Source: an uncultured Planctomycetota bacterium (GTDB taxonomy: Bacteria; Planctomycetota; Planctomycetia; Pirellulales; Lacipirellulaceae). From it: DNA of 64,000 nucleotides. Under the pieces are notes generated by a model, which was given only the letters and a program-made list of their open reading frames with translations, searched no databases and was not told where the DNA came from. The stretch lies in contig CAWAZX010000025.1 of NCBI GenBank assembly GCA_963786455.1, positions 179,350 through 243,349 on the forward strand, in the 5' to 3' direction. Below, one piece after another: positions 20,260 through 31,332 of the stretch (the stretch's first letter is position 1; the number at the start of each line of letters is the position of its first letter). The translations under genes and the position numbers were made by a program.

Positions 20260-22773
20260 TCAGTCGATGTAAAGAAACTCGTTCAGGTTCATCGCCAGGA
20301 GGCAAAATTTCTGTAAAGCAAGCTCGCTATTCATTCCGTGTTCGTTTTGAATGCGGCTGATGAAATCGACGCCGCGCTGGATCTCCGTCAGTGGTCGGCT
20401 CGCGCTGTGTGACGCGAGATAGAACAATGCGGACTTGCTCCGCCGCGTCGTCGGCCGCCTGCTCTCGCACGTCGGCCGCGAAAATCGCGGCTTGTTCGTT
20501 GAGGAATTCGCTGTTGAGCATGGTGAGTGACTTGTGTCGGCTGAGTCGTCGCGAACCGCACCGGGCAACTCGAATCGGTGTCGGCTGCGTCGAACACGGC
20601 CAATAGCGGCACGGAGAGCGAACGCTTCACATGAATGTAAACACTGCGGCGGGCTTCTTCTTCTGCGGTCGAACGGCCCCAGCCTTGGCCGGGCCGCGAT
20701 TGTCCTGCCAGCACGTCTTTGGCGATGGTCGGATAGATGCTCGGGCCGCCGCACTTCGGGTTGAAATTGCCGCTCACCAACAAAACGGTATCGCGTATTT
20801 CCTCCGCGCCGAGCCGCCGCAGTTCAAAGTGCGTGAACAAATCGTTCGCAACGTCGCTCTCTGCTGCTTCGCGTCGAGCCAACGCTCGACATTTGGTACG
20901 CGCTCGACATCACCATTAGTTTGTGCATCGGTTTGAGCCGCCAGCCATTGGCGATCAGTTCCGTGGCCAGCCAGTCGAGCAGCTCCGGGTGGGTTGGCGG
21001 GGTGCCGCCGTAGCCGAAATCGCTCGTCGACCGGACGAGGCCCCGGTTGAAGTGGTGGTGCCACAGCCGATTGGCGATCACGCGTGCTGTGAGTGGGTTT
21101 TCCGAACTGGCGATCCAATCGGCCAGCACGCGCCGTCGGCCGGACGATTCGGAGTCCTCTGCCGGTGGCGGGATGGTCGGGGAAATCGACGTGATGACCG
21201 ACGGGAAGCCTGGCTCGACCTCGTCGCCCTCGGCATACGGACTGCCGCGCAACAGAACGTGCGTTGGCGGCGGGTCCGCGCCGCGCTCGGACACACACAA
21301 TGCCCGCGCTAATCGATTCGGGCGATTCTCTTCGAGTCGCTGGCGATCGCGGAGCAAGTGCTCGTAACGCTCGAGCTCTTCCGCGCTAATGTCCTTGGGC
21401 GAATGGTTGCGGACGATTGGCGGACGATAGTCCTTTGCTTTGAAGTCGTCGACTTCGGCTCCGACAAGAAACGGGACGACGGAATCCTCGATGACCTTGA
21501 TTTGCTTCTCAACTTCGCGGACGCGCCGCCTGTAACCGGCCACCTCACGAGGGTCTTCGGCCACTTGGCCCGGCATCATGCCGATGGGTCGCGTCGAGCC
21601 ACGAACGCCGCGGCGGATGCCGCGGAAGAAGGCCAGCATGCGGTAGTAGTCCTCGGTCGGCAGCGGGTCAATCTTGTGGTCGTGACACCGGGCGCAGTTG
21701 ATCGTAAGGCCTAAAAACACCTGGCAGGTGGTCGCCATGATGTCGTCCAGCTCATCGAACTCGGCTTGCAGCCGGTCCGGCGCCCCGCCGTCCATGGCAC
21801 CTAGCCGGTAATAACCGGTCGCAATGATTGCTTCCGGCGACTCTTCCTCCAGCTCGTCCCCGGCAAGCTGCTCGCGGATGAACTGGTCATACGGTTTGTC
21901 CGCATTGAACGAGTCGATAACGTAATCGCGGTACCGCCACACTTCGGGTTTCAGGCTGTCGAATTCGTAACCGTTGGTCTCGGCATAGCGCACGAGATCG
22001 AGCCAGTGTCGGCCCCAACGTTCGCCATACTGTGGCGAAGCAAGCAGGCGATCTACAACTTTTTCGTACGCGCCCGGCGATTCGTCAGCGAGAAACTCGT
22101 GCACCTCGTCCGGCGTCGGTGGCAGTCCAATTAAGTCGTAGTACACGCGGCGCAACACTGTTGTCCGGCTGGTCGGTGACACTGGTGCCAGCCCGGCGGA
22201 TTCCATCTTGGACAACAAAAATGCATCGACCGGCGTCTTTACCCATGTCGTGTTGGCAACAGCCGGAACCTCCAGTCGGCGAATCGCCTGGAACGACCAA
22301 AACGCGCGGGCGTGGTCATCGACTTTCGGTGGCCCGGAGTGTGCCGCACCGGCTTCCGAAGTACCCCATGGTGCGCCCATCTCCACCCAGCGGGTCAGAA
22401 TATCGATCTGTGATTGGGGTAGTTTCCCTTTGGGGGGCATCTCCAAATCTTCGTAGCGAATCGCACGTAGCAGCGCGCTATCGGCGAGATTCGTTTCATC
22501 GATGATCGGCCCGCTATCCCCGCCGCGCAGCACAGTGTCGCGCGTGGTCAAGTTCAGTCCGCTTTCCAACTCATGGCCGGTACGCGGCGCGTGGCACGAA
22601 TGGCAATGCGCCCGCAGGATCGGAAGTACCTGGGTGTCGAAGAAACGTGCACCTTCTGCAGCTGCCTGTGGCGTCGCAGAGTTATCGTCCGCCCGCAATT
22701 CGACAGCGGAGAAGAGCGGCAATAGCGCGGCTGCGGCGCATATTCGTTTTCGGATCGAGATGCGTGATTCCAT
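20260..22773 (-). CDS. PSCyt1 (planctomycete cytochrome c) / DUF1549 / DUF1553 protein; about 3 frame breaks near the C-terminal end
   Basis: Intact for 649 aa from 22773. It has a signal peptide, then FFDTQVLPILRAHCHSCH (CxxCH), a DUF1549-like WSFQAIRR...VDAFLL, and a DUF1553-like INCARCHDHKIDP. The C-terminal end continues through ORFs 20388-20882 and 20260-20754 to ...NLNEFLYID-stop. This is the classic partner of DUF1501. Confidence 0.85.
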
Positions 22774-23010
22774 TGCGATCGTTGCACCTCATTCGATAAT
22801 TGTGGGCTAGACCACGATCCAGTCGACCGAGATTCGCTCGTCGACGCCAAGGCAATTCTGAGGATTTGCCCCCACGCTGCCCGAGCCGTATTTTGTGCAC
22901 AAAGCGAACTTTTTGCAACCGGCTTTTGGCAGAGTCATGCTGTAAAGCGCCATAATTGAACCCAACTGAGTTTCCGAAGGCGACAGGTTCCTTCGACGGC
23001 GACAAGTTTT

Positions 23011-23400
23011 TCCGGTGTGGTCAGGTGCCATTTGTGGAGTTCGGCGACAGCGACCACCACCAACCTTCGAGCAGGTCCTCTTTTTTCGGTGTGGCCTCCG
23101 ATGGTGTGAAATGCCCGTTGGAGGGTGCGCGAATAAAAGCCGAGTTGGCTTCCTTCTTCGATCAATTCGCTGGAAGATTGTGGGCCGCGGGTGGCGAGGA
23201 CTTGCCCCAACCATGGAGCGGCGGCAATTCTGTCTTCCGCTTCGGGGGCCGCGAGGTTTGATGGCCAACGCTTCGTCGGCGGAAATTTCGATCGGCCCGG
23301 GGTGCCAGTGGATGACAGGTGCGCTGATTTTTGGGTGCGGTTCAATTGAATACGCTAAGCCGCAAGCGGTGGGTGCTAGGTTGTTTTTTACGGGCACCAT
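23011..23400 (-). pseudogene. 5'-truncated remnant of a mobile-element AAA_25/RecA-like (primase-associated) ATPase; only the C-terminal ~130 aa remain, with 2 frame breaks
   Basis: VKNNLAPTACGLAYSIEPH...APVIHWHPGPIEISADEAL, then AAAPWLGQVLATRGPQSSSELIEEGSQLGFYSRTLQRAFHTIGG, then GWWWSLSP-stop. This matches the tail (wHTH + W-rich end) of plasmid/ICE RepA-like ATPases. No ATPase domain lies upstream. Confidence 0.5.
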
Positions 23401-23599
23401 TAGATGGCGGCTGTGAGGTCTTCGCGGCGTCGATCAAGGTGTTGGTTCGCGATGCGGATGTCGAATTCTGCGACAGTATTGCAATCGTGATATCGACTAC
23501 TCATCGCCGCCGATGGGGCAAGGATTTCTCTATGTTGGTCGGCAAAGCTATAATTCTGTGACTTCCGTTGGGATTCCATTGCCGCCTCGAACGAACAGG

Positions 23600-24757
23600 A
23601 TGTCCACCATGAAATTAACCAATTTAGCCGTGACGCGTTTTCCAGCCGCTTTGTTCTTGGTTGGTGCGATTGCCTCCGCGACACAGTCGCAAGAGAACGC
23701 TGCGTCGGAAACCGCTGATTCGGTACGGCAACAAGCGATTGAGCGCGGACTGCGCTTTTTGCGCGAGCACGGTCAGGCGGAGGATGGGACTTTTTCCATT
23801 CAAGCGGGGCCGGGGTTGACGGCGCTGGCTATCACGGCAGCTTTGCGGAACGGCTTGCCGGTGGATGATCCGATGGTGGCCAAGGGCCTCAAGGCTCTGG
23901 AGGGTTTCGTGAAGCCGGACGGCGGCATTTATGGCAAGGGTCGGCTGAAAAACTATGAGACATGCGTGGCGATTGTCTGTTTTCAGCTGGCGAATAGGGA
24001 CGGCCGCTACAAGGAGCTGTTGGCCAATGCGGACAAGTTTGTCCGCGGCTTGCAAATCGGTGTCGATGGTGCGGCGGAATCGTCCGATCCGTCGTACGGC
24101 GGCGCGGGTTACGGCGGGCCTGGCCGGCCGGACCTTTCGAACACCAGTTATTTGATCGACGCGCTCGTGGCTGGAGGTGCGGAACCCAGCGATCCGGCGA
24201 TTCAGCGAGCCTTGGCATTCGTATCTCGGTGCCAGAACCTGAAGAGCCCGCACAACGACACGAAATTCGCTTCCCTAGTGAACGACGGCGGCTTTTACTA
24301 CGTCATTCCGAGCGAGAATGAGGATCCTTCGACGTCGGAACGGTATGATGAAAGTGGCGGGCTGCGAAGTTACGGCTCGATGACCTATTCCGGATTCAAG
24401 AGCCTTGTTTACGCTGGTCTGACGCAAGACGACCCGCGAGTGAAGGCAGCCATGGACTGGATTAAGAAGAATTACACGGTCGAAAAGAATCCAGGGCAGG
24501 GAGATGCAGGACTGTACTACTACTACCACGCATTCGCTGCCGCTTTGAAAGCGTCGACTTTGAATGCGATTGCTGACGACGCCGGTCAATCGCACGATTG
24601 GCGCAAGGATCTGGCGGCGGAGTTGGCGAAGCGCCAGAAACCCGATGGTTCGTGGACCAATTCGAACCGGCAATGGTTTGAGAACGATGCGAATCTTGCG
24701 ACGTCGTTTGCACTGATCGCGCTGTCTTACTGTGACGCAAAGCCGGCCCAGCCGTAG
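23600..24757 (+). CDS. secreted prenyltransferase / squalene-cyclase-repeat (terpenoid cyclase fold) protein
   Basis: Intact ORF. It has a signal peptide FPAALFLVGAIASATQ and repeated aromatic/DG units: EDGTFS, KPDGGIYG, NDGGFYY, KPDGSWTN. The start was chosen at the ATG at 23600 (GAACAGGA upstream) rather than 23513. Confidence 0.65.
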   Translation: MSTMKLTNLAVTRFPAALFLVGAIASATQSQENAASETADSVRQQAIERGLRFLREHGQAEDGTFSIQAGPGLTALAITAALRNGLPVDDPMVAKGLKALEGFVKPDGGIYGKGRLKNYETCVAIVCFQLANRDGRYKELLANADKFVRGLQIGVDGAAESSDPSYGGAGYGGPGRPDLSNTSYLIDALVAGGAEPSDPAIQRALAFVSRCQNLKSPHNDTKFASLVNDGGFYYVIPSENEDPSTSERYDESGGLRSYGSMTYSGFKSLVYAGLTQDDPRVKAAMDWIKKNYTVEKNPGQGDAGLYYYYHAFAAALKASTLNAIADDAGQSHDWRKDLAAELAKRQKPDGSWTNSNRQWFENDANLATSFALIALSYCDAKPAQP

Positions 24758-24769
24758 TGAGTTTTCAGA

Positions 24770-25618
24770 TTGGTGTTGCAGAGCGATTTCCACGTGGCGA
24801 TTCAATCCGGTGCGGAAAACGGACATCGGTTAGCAGCAGGTTCGGCGGCTGAGAAAAAGCGCCGATCGAGGATCAGGTTCACTTCGCCCGTCGTCGGATG
24901 GTCATTGTGGATCGTGAATCTGCTTGCCTTTGCTGCATTCTGTGGCTGGATACTAATTGACGGCCGATTTCCGCAGACCGTCGATTTTTTACGTGCCGTG
25001 GTTCTTCAGCGATTCATAGACTATCCGCTCAGTGGTTGGTCGTTGATTCTAAGTCGCTGGCCGTATCTCGCTTTGCTAGGTCTTGTCGCCGTTGGCAGCG
25101 GGATTGGCATCTTCGCAAGTTTGTTTTTCGGTGCTACAGCTCATCGGCGCGTGCGATCTTGGCTGGCTTTCACCGTGCTGGCGGCCGCATGGTTGACGTT
25201 GGCTGTCTCCTGGCGGGAAATGGCCTGGCAGAGTCAGACGTTACGCATGCAATGGCGGCTCAGCGGCCTGGATTCGGTTGCGGCTTCATTCGTTGCGAAC
25301 TGGCCGGCTGCCGATGGTGAGCGACCCGAAATCGGGCCGTTCATGGCATATCCGCAGGGCGATCCGAGAACGCTGATGTTGCTAACGACGCCCGAAATCG
25401 GTCGAGCAGGAGTAGCAATTTCAGCGATCGAAAAGTCCTCGTCCGGCGGACTTCGGTTTCAGTTGGCGGGCAACGAATCTGGCTCCTGGCTTGAATGGCA
25501 CCCGTCGCATTCGGTGCCTCGATCGTTCCGAGGTGGACTCATGACTGAGTACCAGCTGGGACGGGCGACTGCACTCGCTGACGGCTGGTTTCTCGCGCGG
25601 TACCGCGAATCGTATTGA
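24770..25618 (+). CDS. hypothetical membrane protein (about 4 TM helices + soluble C-terminal domain)
   Basis: Intact 282-aa ORF starting 13 nt after the previous stop, with TTG/GVG-type start only. Hydrophobic segments include WSLWIVNLLAFAAFCGWILI, YLALLGLVAVGSGIGIFASLFF and WLAFTVLAAAWLTLAV. I recognise no family motif. Confidence 0.5.
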   Translation: MVLQSDFHVAIQSGAENGHRLAAGSAAEKKRRSRIRFTSPVVGWSLWIVNLLAFAAFCGWILIDGRFPQTVDFLRAVVLQRFIDYPLSGWSLILSRWPYLALLGLVAVGSGIGIFASLFFGATAHRRVRSWLAFTVLAAAWLTLAVSWREMAWQSQTLRMQWRLSGLDSVAASFVANWPAADGERPEIGPFMAYPQGDPRTLMLLTTPEIGRAGVAISAIEKSSSGGLRFQLAGNESGSWLEWHPSHSVPRSFRGGLMTEYQLGRATALADGWFLARYRESY

Positions 25619-25626
25619 CGCGACGG

Positions 25627-27548
25627 CTAAGGTTCGGTCACTTCGATCAGGCGATCGACGGCCGAAACGTCGACTTCCTGCTTCCCGCCGCGCGGCCAGT
25701 GCACGGTGACGCCCCGCACCTTGTCATCGCGGCCCAAACCGAACGTGACGGGCAGCTCGACCTGCGAGAGATAGCTCCGCGAGGGCATCACTTGCTGGCG
25801 CAGCGTGCGGTCCTCGAGCTCGACTGTCGATCCAGGCACCGATCGCGTCGCGGTTCGACTTGGTCCCGGTGAGTTTGAATCGCAGCCAATGATGGCCGAG
25901 CTCTTGGTCGTTGCGCAACAGCCGCGGCGGCTGACCGGTGGCGGTCACCAGGACGTCCAGATCGCCGTCGCCGTCGATGTCGGCGTAGCGGCGCCGCGGC
26001 CGACCAGCGGCTTGAACAGATCGGGGCCCGCATTGCTTTTCGGTGACGCGGCAGAAACTCCGTGTCGGCCTGCGGGCCCGCAGTTCCAGAACAGGTGCGG
26101 CGGCTGCTCGTAGTGCTGGCTCGGCTGCACGCGATTGATGTCCTCTTCCAGATGGCCGTTGGCCGTGAGCAGGTCGAGCCGGCCGTCGAGGTCGTAGTCG
26201 AAATAGAACAGGCCGAACGTCAGCGAGGTCCGCGTGCTGGGCCCGAGGCCGGTCGGAATCGCTTCGTCCATGAACTGCATTTCGATCGCCGTAGGAGACA
26301 TAGAGAGCGGTCATCTCGTTGGCGAAGTTGCCGATGGCGATGCCCAGCGCGTCGTCGTCGCGGAAGCGGGCGACGTCGATGCCCATCGCGCCGCGGGCGT
26401 TGCCGTTCATGTCGAAGGCGACGCCGGATTGCAGCGGCGATTTCGCGGAACGTGCCGTCGCCTTCGTTGTGGAACAGGAAGTTTTGCACCGTGTCGTTGG
26501 CGACGACGATGTCGATCCAGCCGTCCGCATCGACGTCGGCGAACGTCGACGCCCAGCGACTTGGCCAGCGGCACGTCGGTGTCGGGATTGCGAATGTGCA
26601 GGCCCGCCTGCTTCGGCGACTTCGCGAAAGCGGCCGTCGCCGTCGTTGCGATAGAGATAGGGGAAGGTGCCCTCGAAGTTCTGCGGCCGGCCGTAGGCCC
26701 GGCCGCCGCCGGTGAGCTGAAAGTTCTGGCCTTCGTCGTATTCGCGCGACCAGTGAACGTAGTTGCAGACGAACAGATCGAGATCGCCGTCGTTGTCGTA
26801 GTCGAACCAGCCGCAGCAGGTGCTCCAATGCGTCGCTCGTCGCCGCCGACGCCGCTCGCTCGGTGACGTCGCGAAATTTGCCGTCGCCCTCGTTGTGGAA
26901 CAGGCGGTTGGTGCCGACCGCGGAGAGGAACACGTCGACGCGCCGTCGTTGTCGTAGTCGCCGACGGCGACGCCCATGCCGTAGAGCGACGACGTCGAGG
27001 CCCGAGCCGGCGGTGACATCTTCGAAGTTGCCCGTGCCGTCGTTGCGGTAGAGAGTCGCCGAGGTGGCGATGAGCCGGGACCGACGACTTCTCCGCTCCC
27101 GCTCCTTGCTCCTTGCTTTCATCCCACGGCCAGTGCGCGAGGCTGTTGACGAACAGCAAGTCTTGGTCGCCGTCGTTGTCGAAGTCGAAAAACGCGCAGC
27201 CGCCGCCCATCGTTTCCGGCAGCAGCTTGCGACCGTTGGCCGCGTTCTCGTGGCGAAACGTGATGCCGGCCTGCTTCGTGACGTCGGTGAAGCGAACGTG
27301 CGGGACCGCGCCGGCCGGCATGCGCGGACCTGCGACTTCCGCCAGCTCCGTTTGCTGGACCGGCTTGTCCTCGGCGCTTCGGCCGAAGCATAGTACACGG
27401 CCGCACCGATCGCGACCGCTGCGACGACGAAGCACGGCCAGCGACCAGCGCAGCGCGACGCCGATGATCGCGTCATCGCGTTCGAGCGTGTCCGGATCGA
27501 ACTTCGTCCGGAACGATTGCGTCTGGTTTCGACGATATCGCGACTCAC
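25627..27548 (-). CDS. TM-anchored CRTAC1-family protein (FG-GAP/VCBS + ASPIC/UnbV); at least 8 frame breaks
   Basis: GTG start at 27548 preceded by GGGAGG. TM segment WPCFVVAAVAIGAAVYY. Also VRFTDVTKQAGITFRHENA...LLPETMGGGCAFFDFDNDGDQDLLFV and LYRNDGTGNFEDVT. UnbV tail: GHHWLRFKLTGTKSNRDAIGA...SRSYLSQVELPVTFGLG...VTVHWPRGGKQEV. Confidence 0.8.
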
Positions 27549-30476
27549 GGTGCACCTCCCGCCGATGATCGACCGCAGCTTCTGCTGCGGCTCTGAGCAC
27601 TGTCGACTCGAGTCCCGGCGCGCCGGGCCGCTGCAGCGGATACTTCACGACGGCCTCGGCCGCGTGATTGGCGGCCGGATACCGCTCGCGGGCCAGTCGT
27701 TCGGCCCGGCCTTGGGCATTGTCGTCCGGCTTGTAGCGCAGGTGCAGCCGCTCGTGCTCGCGCGACTTCTCGGTGTCGCCCAGTTCGGCATACAGGAGCT
27801 GCAGATTGTGATGGGCCGTCACGTTTTCGGAATCGATTGCGAGCGTTCTTCTGGAACGCGTCGACCGCTTCCTGCCAGGCCTGCGCGCGCCTCGTTCGGT
27901 CCGGCCTTGCCGTGCCCGCAGCCGGCCCAGATCGAACAGCGTCTGCCCGAGCAGGTTGATCACTTCGTAATCGAAGCTGAAGTCGAAGCCCGCGCTGCTG
28001 CATATCCGCGCGTGCGGTCCTCGAGCACGCTGCGCAGATTGACGAATCGCTTCGTCAAGCCGGCCCTGCTGGCGATTGATGTCGCCGCTGAGCCAGGCCC
28101 AGGTCCAGCGCGGATAGCCTTCCTCGTCGCGGAACTGCATCCGCACGCTGCAGTGCCGCCACGGCTTCGTCGAGCCGCCCTTCGGCGTTGTACACGCGGG
28201 CCAGATTCATCGGCCCGTCCCAGCGCTTCAGCTGCTTCGACTTGGGTGAATGCTTCGGCGGCCTGCCGCAGCTCCGCCTTGCCCTTCAGCAACAGGCCGA
28301 TGCCGTAGTCGTTCCAGCGCTGCCAAGCGGGAATGTCGCGGTCGGGATTTCGACACGCTGGCCTCGACGCCCGCGACGGGAAACGTCACGCGATCGACGG
28401 CCAGCGTCGTGATCGGCAGCTCGTTGCGATACGGCCTGCCCGGCTACGTGGCCGCGGATTGGCGGTTCGTTCGCCCGAGCGCTTGTGATCTCGTCATTCT
28501 TCTGCGCGACGAAATCCATGTACCGCTGGTCGAACTTGCGGTACTGCAGCTTGACTTCGACCGTCACCGGCGCGTCCAGATCTTCCGGCACGTGCAGTTC
28601 GTAGTGCACGGTCTGGCCGGCGCCCGGCGGAATCTGATGGTTGTACAGCGGCGTGAAAATGTCTTGCGGGTTGCGGCGGTCGATGCGGTTGCCGTCTTTG
28701 TCGAGCATGAACACGTTGACGAAGTGCGCCCAGGGATCGACTTCGTTGCCGCGCTCGGGATCGAGTGCGCCGCTGCGGCCGATCACGCGGTCGCCGGAGG
28801 TCACCGTCACGTCGAGCCAGACTTCGTTCGAGTCGGCCGTGCCCTGCGTGAACAGGTGACCCAGCTTGAGCGTGCGGATCACCGTTTCCAGCAGGTACTT
28901 CTTGCCCGGCTCAAGCGTCGGCACCTCCGGCCGCAGCGGCGCGATCAGCTTGCCGTCGATCTCGCCGCCCTCGCGCACGCCGAACATATCGACGCGCATC
29001 ACGCCTTTCAGGAACTCCTGATGCGCGGCGATCGACGTCCGGCCGGTCGCGCAGCCAGGCGACGCCCGTGTTGGCCGCCGGGAACAGGTGGTTGTGGACG
29101 CTCAGCTCGGTCGGCGCCGGCGAAAAGCTTCGCGCCGAAATCGCCCGAGGGCTTGAGCGGCATGTGGCAGCCGCTGCAGTTCGCCTCCGCCTTGGGCGGA
29201 TAGTAAAAGCTGCGCGCCCCGTGGCCCGAAACGCCGCTCAGCAGGAACGGATCGTAGTGGTTCTGCCCGCGCAGGAATTCCTTGTAGTGGTTCAGCTCCA
29301 GCGGCAGGTGCACCTTGTGGCAGGTCGAGCAGAACTCGGCCGTGCGATGGAAGTCCTTCAGGAACGTCTTCTTGTGGAACGCCGGCTTGGCCTTCACGAG
29401 CTGGTTGTTGACCCACTGCAGCAACGGCGTTGTCGCTGAAGGCGAACGGGTAATGCAGCGGCTCTTCGATCGTGTAGTCGGCGTTGCCGCGCGTGCTGTT
29501 GACGTGGGTGATCGCGTGGCACACCGTGCAGGTGATGCCGGCGTGGGCCGTGGGATGGCTGACGTGTCGAACTTCGGGTCGTCGAACGCGCCGCTGAAGA
29601 ACGGCACCGGGTCGTGGCAGCCGGCACACCAGCGCGACGCCTGCACGTTGCCGTCGCGCTTCAGCGACACCTCGCGCGTTTCGGTGACGCTGGCCAGGTA
29701 CGGCGGGTTGTTGAACGAGCTGAAGCGGTGCACGCTGTCGCTCCACTGGGCATGCACGTCGGCGTGGCACTTCTGGCAGTACTGGTCGTTCATCAGCGCT
29801 GTCGGCCGGGATGAAATTGCCGGTGGCCGTGCGGGCCAGCGACGGCTCAAAATACTTGCACGCCCGATTCCGGCCCGATCGCGTACCACTGCCGCGGGTC
29901 TTGCGCGTGGAACCAGACCATGCCCAGCACGACCGCGCCGACGAATGCCGGCATAGCCCAGTCCGAGCCGCCACTTGATCCGCGGCCCGGCCAGCCGATG
30001 CAGCCAATACAGCCAGGCGGCCAGCCAGCGGACAGGCCACATGCAGCCAGTATACAGTGTTGCGGGCCAGCGGTTGCCGCAGATCGAACCCGCCCATGCG
30101 CATCAGCAGCACGCCCGTGACCAGCACGGCGATCGAGACGGCAAACAGCGCGTAGCCGATGCGTACCGCGCGGCGGTTGCGCCGATTCCTCGCGACAGCC
30201 AGATGCAGCGATGCCGAACACGACAAACGGCACAACCAGCACGAGGCCCAGCACCAGGTGGCCCAGGAACATGTACTGGTAGAAATAGTTCTGATACGTG
30301 CGGCCGGTCGACCACTCCACGGCGGTGACCGCTGCAAGATATGCCGAGTTTGCACCCAGCAGGGCCACAAGCGCAAAGATGAAGTACAGCAGCTTGCGCA
30401 GGCGCGGTCCGACCGCGCGCACGTATTTTTTCGGCGGTGGGCTCGAAGTACCAGGGCTAAAAGTTTCGACCGACAT
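27545..30476 (-). CDS. membrane-anchored pentaheme c-type cytochrome fused to a TPR C-terminal region; at least 10 frame breaks
   Basis: N-terminal TM helices (LLYFIFALVALLGANSAYLAAV, YMFLGHLVLGLVLVVPFVVFGI). Five CxxCH motifs: CQKCH, CAGCH, CTVCH, CSTCH, CSGCH. A middle domain follows (LGHLFTQGTADSNEVWLDVTV...), then TPR-like repeats (AWQEAVDAFQK..., NLQLLYAELGD). The candidate stop TGA at 27545-27547 overlaps the downstream GTG (GTGA). Confidence 0.75.
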
Positions 30477-30642
30477 AATAATCAACGCGGCTTGACCGAG
30501 CCAGAAAAGTGTCGTGCCCACGGCCGGCGTTCGTAGCGCCAACTGTGGAAGCGTAAGCGAAATCGTAAGACGTGGCCGTGCCCTCCAAATCATGGTGGGC
30601 TTCCGCAGAATGCGCGGCTCGATACACAAAAAAAGAATTGAG

Positions 30643-31035
30643 CTACGTGCGCGGGGGATGATCAATTCGCGAAGGAAAGCCCCTCGCTGTTCGAGCTTTG
30701 AGACATGTCAAGATCGCATCTGGAAGAGTCAGCGTCCGCAGTGACGCCGAGCCAGCAAGAAGGGCCGATTCGGGCGCCGCGAAGGAGAATCCGGGGGCTG
30801 CCGGAGTTGCCGGATGGTCTGGCGCTTGCCGACAATGGGGGCCGTTGCAAGGCACTCGCTGCGAGGAATCGGGAGAGCTTTCAGCCCGCCGCGCGTGTAC
30901 GGCGTTCGAGAACTTCGAAGCGCTTTGCTCAGATGATAAGGAGGTACCCGAACCGGTCGAATGTGCTAGCCAATCACCGCACGACGCAAACGCCGTCGAC
31001 GTGCCAGCCACAACGTTCAAGGCCAGCAGCTGCAT
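30643..31035 (-). CDS. small secreted Cys-motif protein, copy A (unassigned family)
   Basis: Intact ORF. Signal-like MQLLALNVVAGTSTAFA, then SCGDWLAH...VPCNGPHCRQAPDHP...GFPSRIDHPPRT-stop. It aligns without gaps to copy B over a 113-aa mature length. It lies directly upstream of, and co-directional with, the pentaheme cytochrome gene. Confidence 0.7.
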   Translation of the reverse strand: MQLLALNVVAGTSTAFASCGDWLAHSTGSGTSLSSEQSASKFSNAVHARRAESSPDSSQRVPCNGPHCRQAPDHPATPAAPGFSFAAPESALLAGSASLRTLTLPDAILTCLKARTARGFPSRIDHPPRT

Positions 31036-31276
31036 CCCGACCAAAAATATGGCGCAGGATCGTCACGTACAACGAGCCCAAATTTAGGACAACGAACTAG
31101 TGAGCGGAGCCAAAAAGCTCCGGTATTCGAACGCACATACAGCTTGTTTTCAGACTAGTCCTCTAGCCGGAAACTGTCAATCAATGGCTACCCGGCGGCG
31201 ATTGTAAAACCGGCTGAAATTACAGGCGATTTTGAGTAACGCGATCAGTTCTGTCGCGGCGGAAGCGCAAAAATAC

Positions 31277-31304
31277 TTGCATTTCCTTGTGTACCGAGTA
31301 TCCT
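31277..31304 (+). promoter_or_regulatory. possible sigma70-like promoter for copy B
   Basis: TTGCAT - 16 nt - TATCCT ends 29 nt before the ATG at 31333, followed by a strong SD GGGGGGAGGG. Planctomycete promoter consensus is poorly defined, so this is weak. Confidence 0.25.
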
Positions 31305-31332
31305 ATCGGCTAGGTCCGCGGGGGGAGGGAAA

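Noticed and set aside
22807-22953. A 48-codon Cys-containing ORF immediately upstream of the PSCyt gene, considered as a possible small peptide or RiPP precursor.
   Set aside because: It has no recognisable leader/core organisation, no nearby modifying enzymes and no paralog in the window. It overlaps the debris of the truncated ATPase gene, so it may simply be residual open frame.
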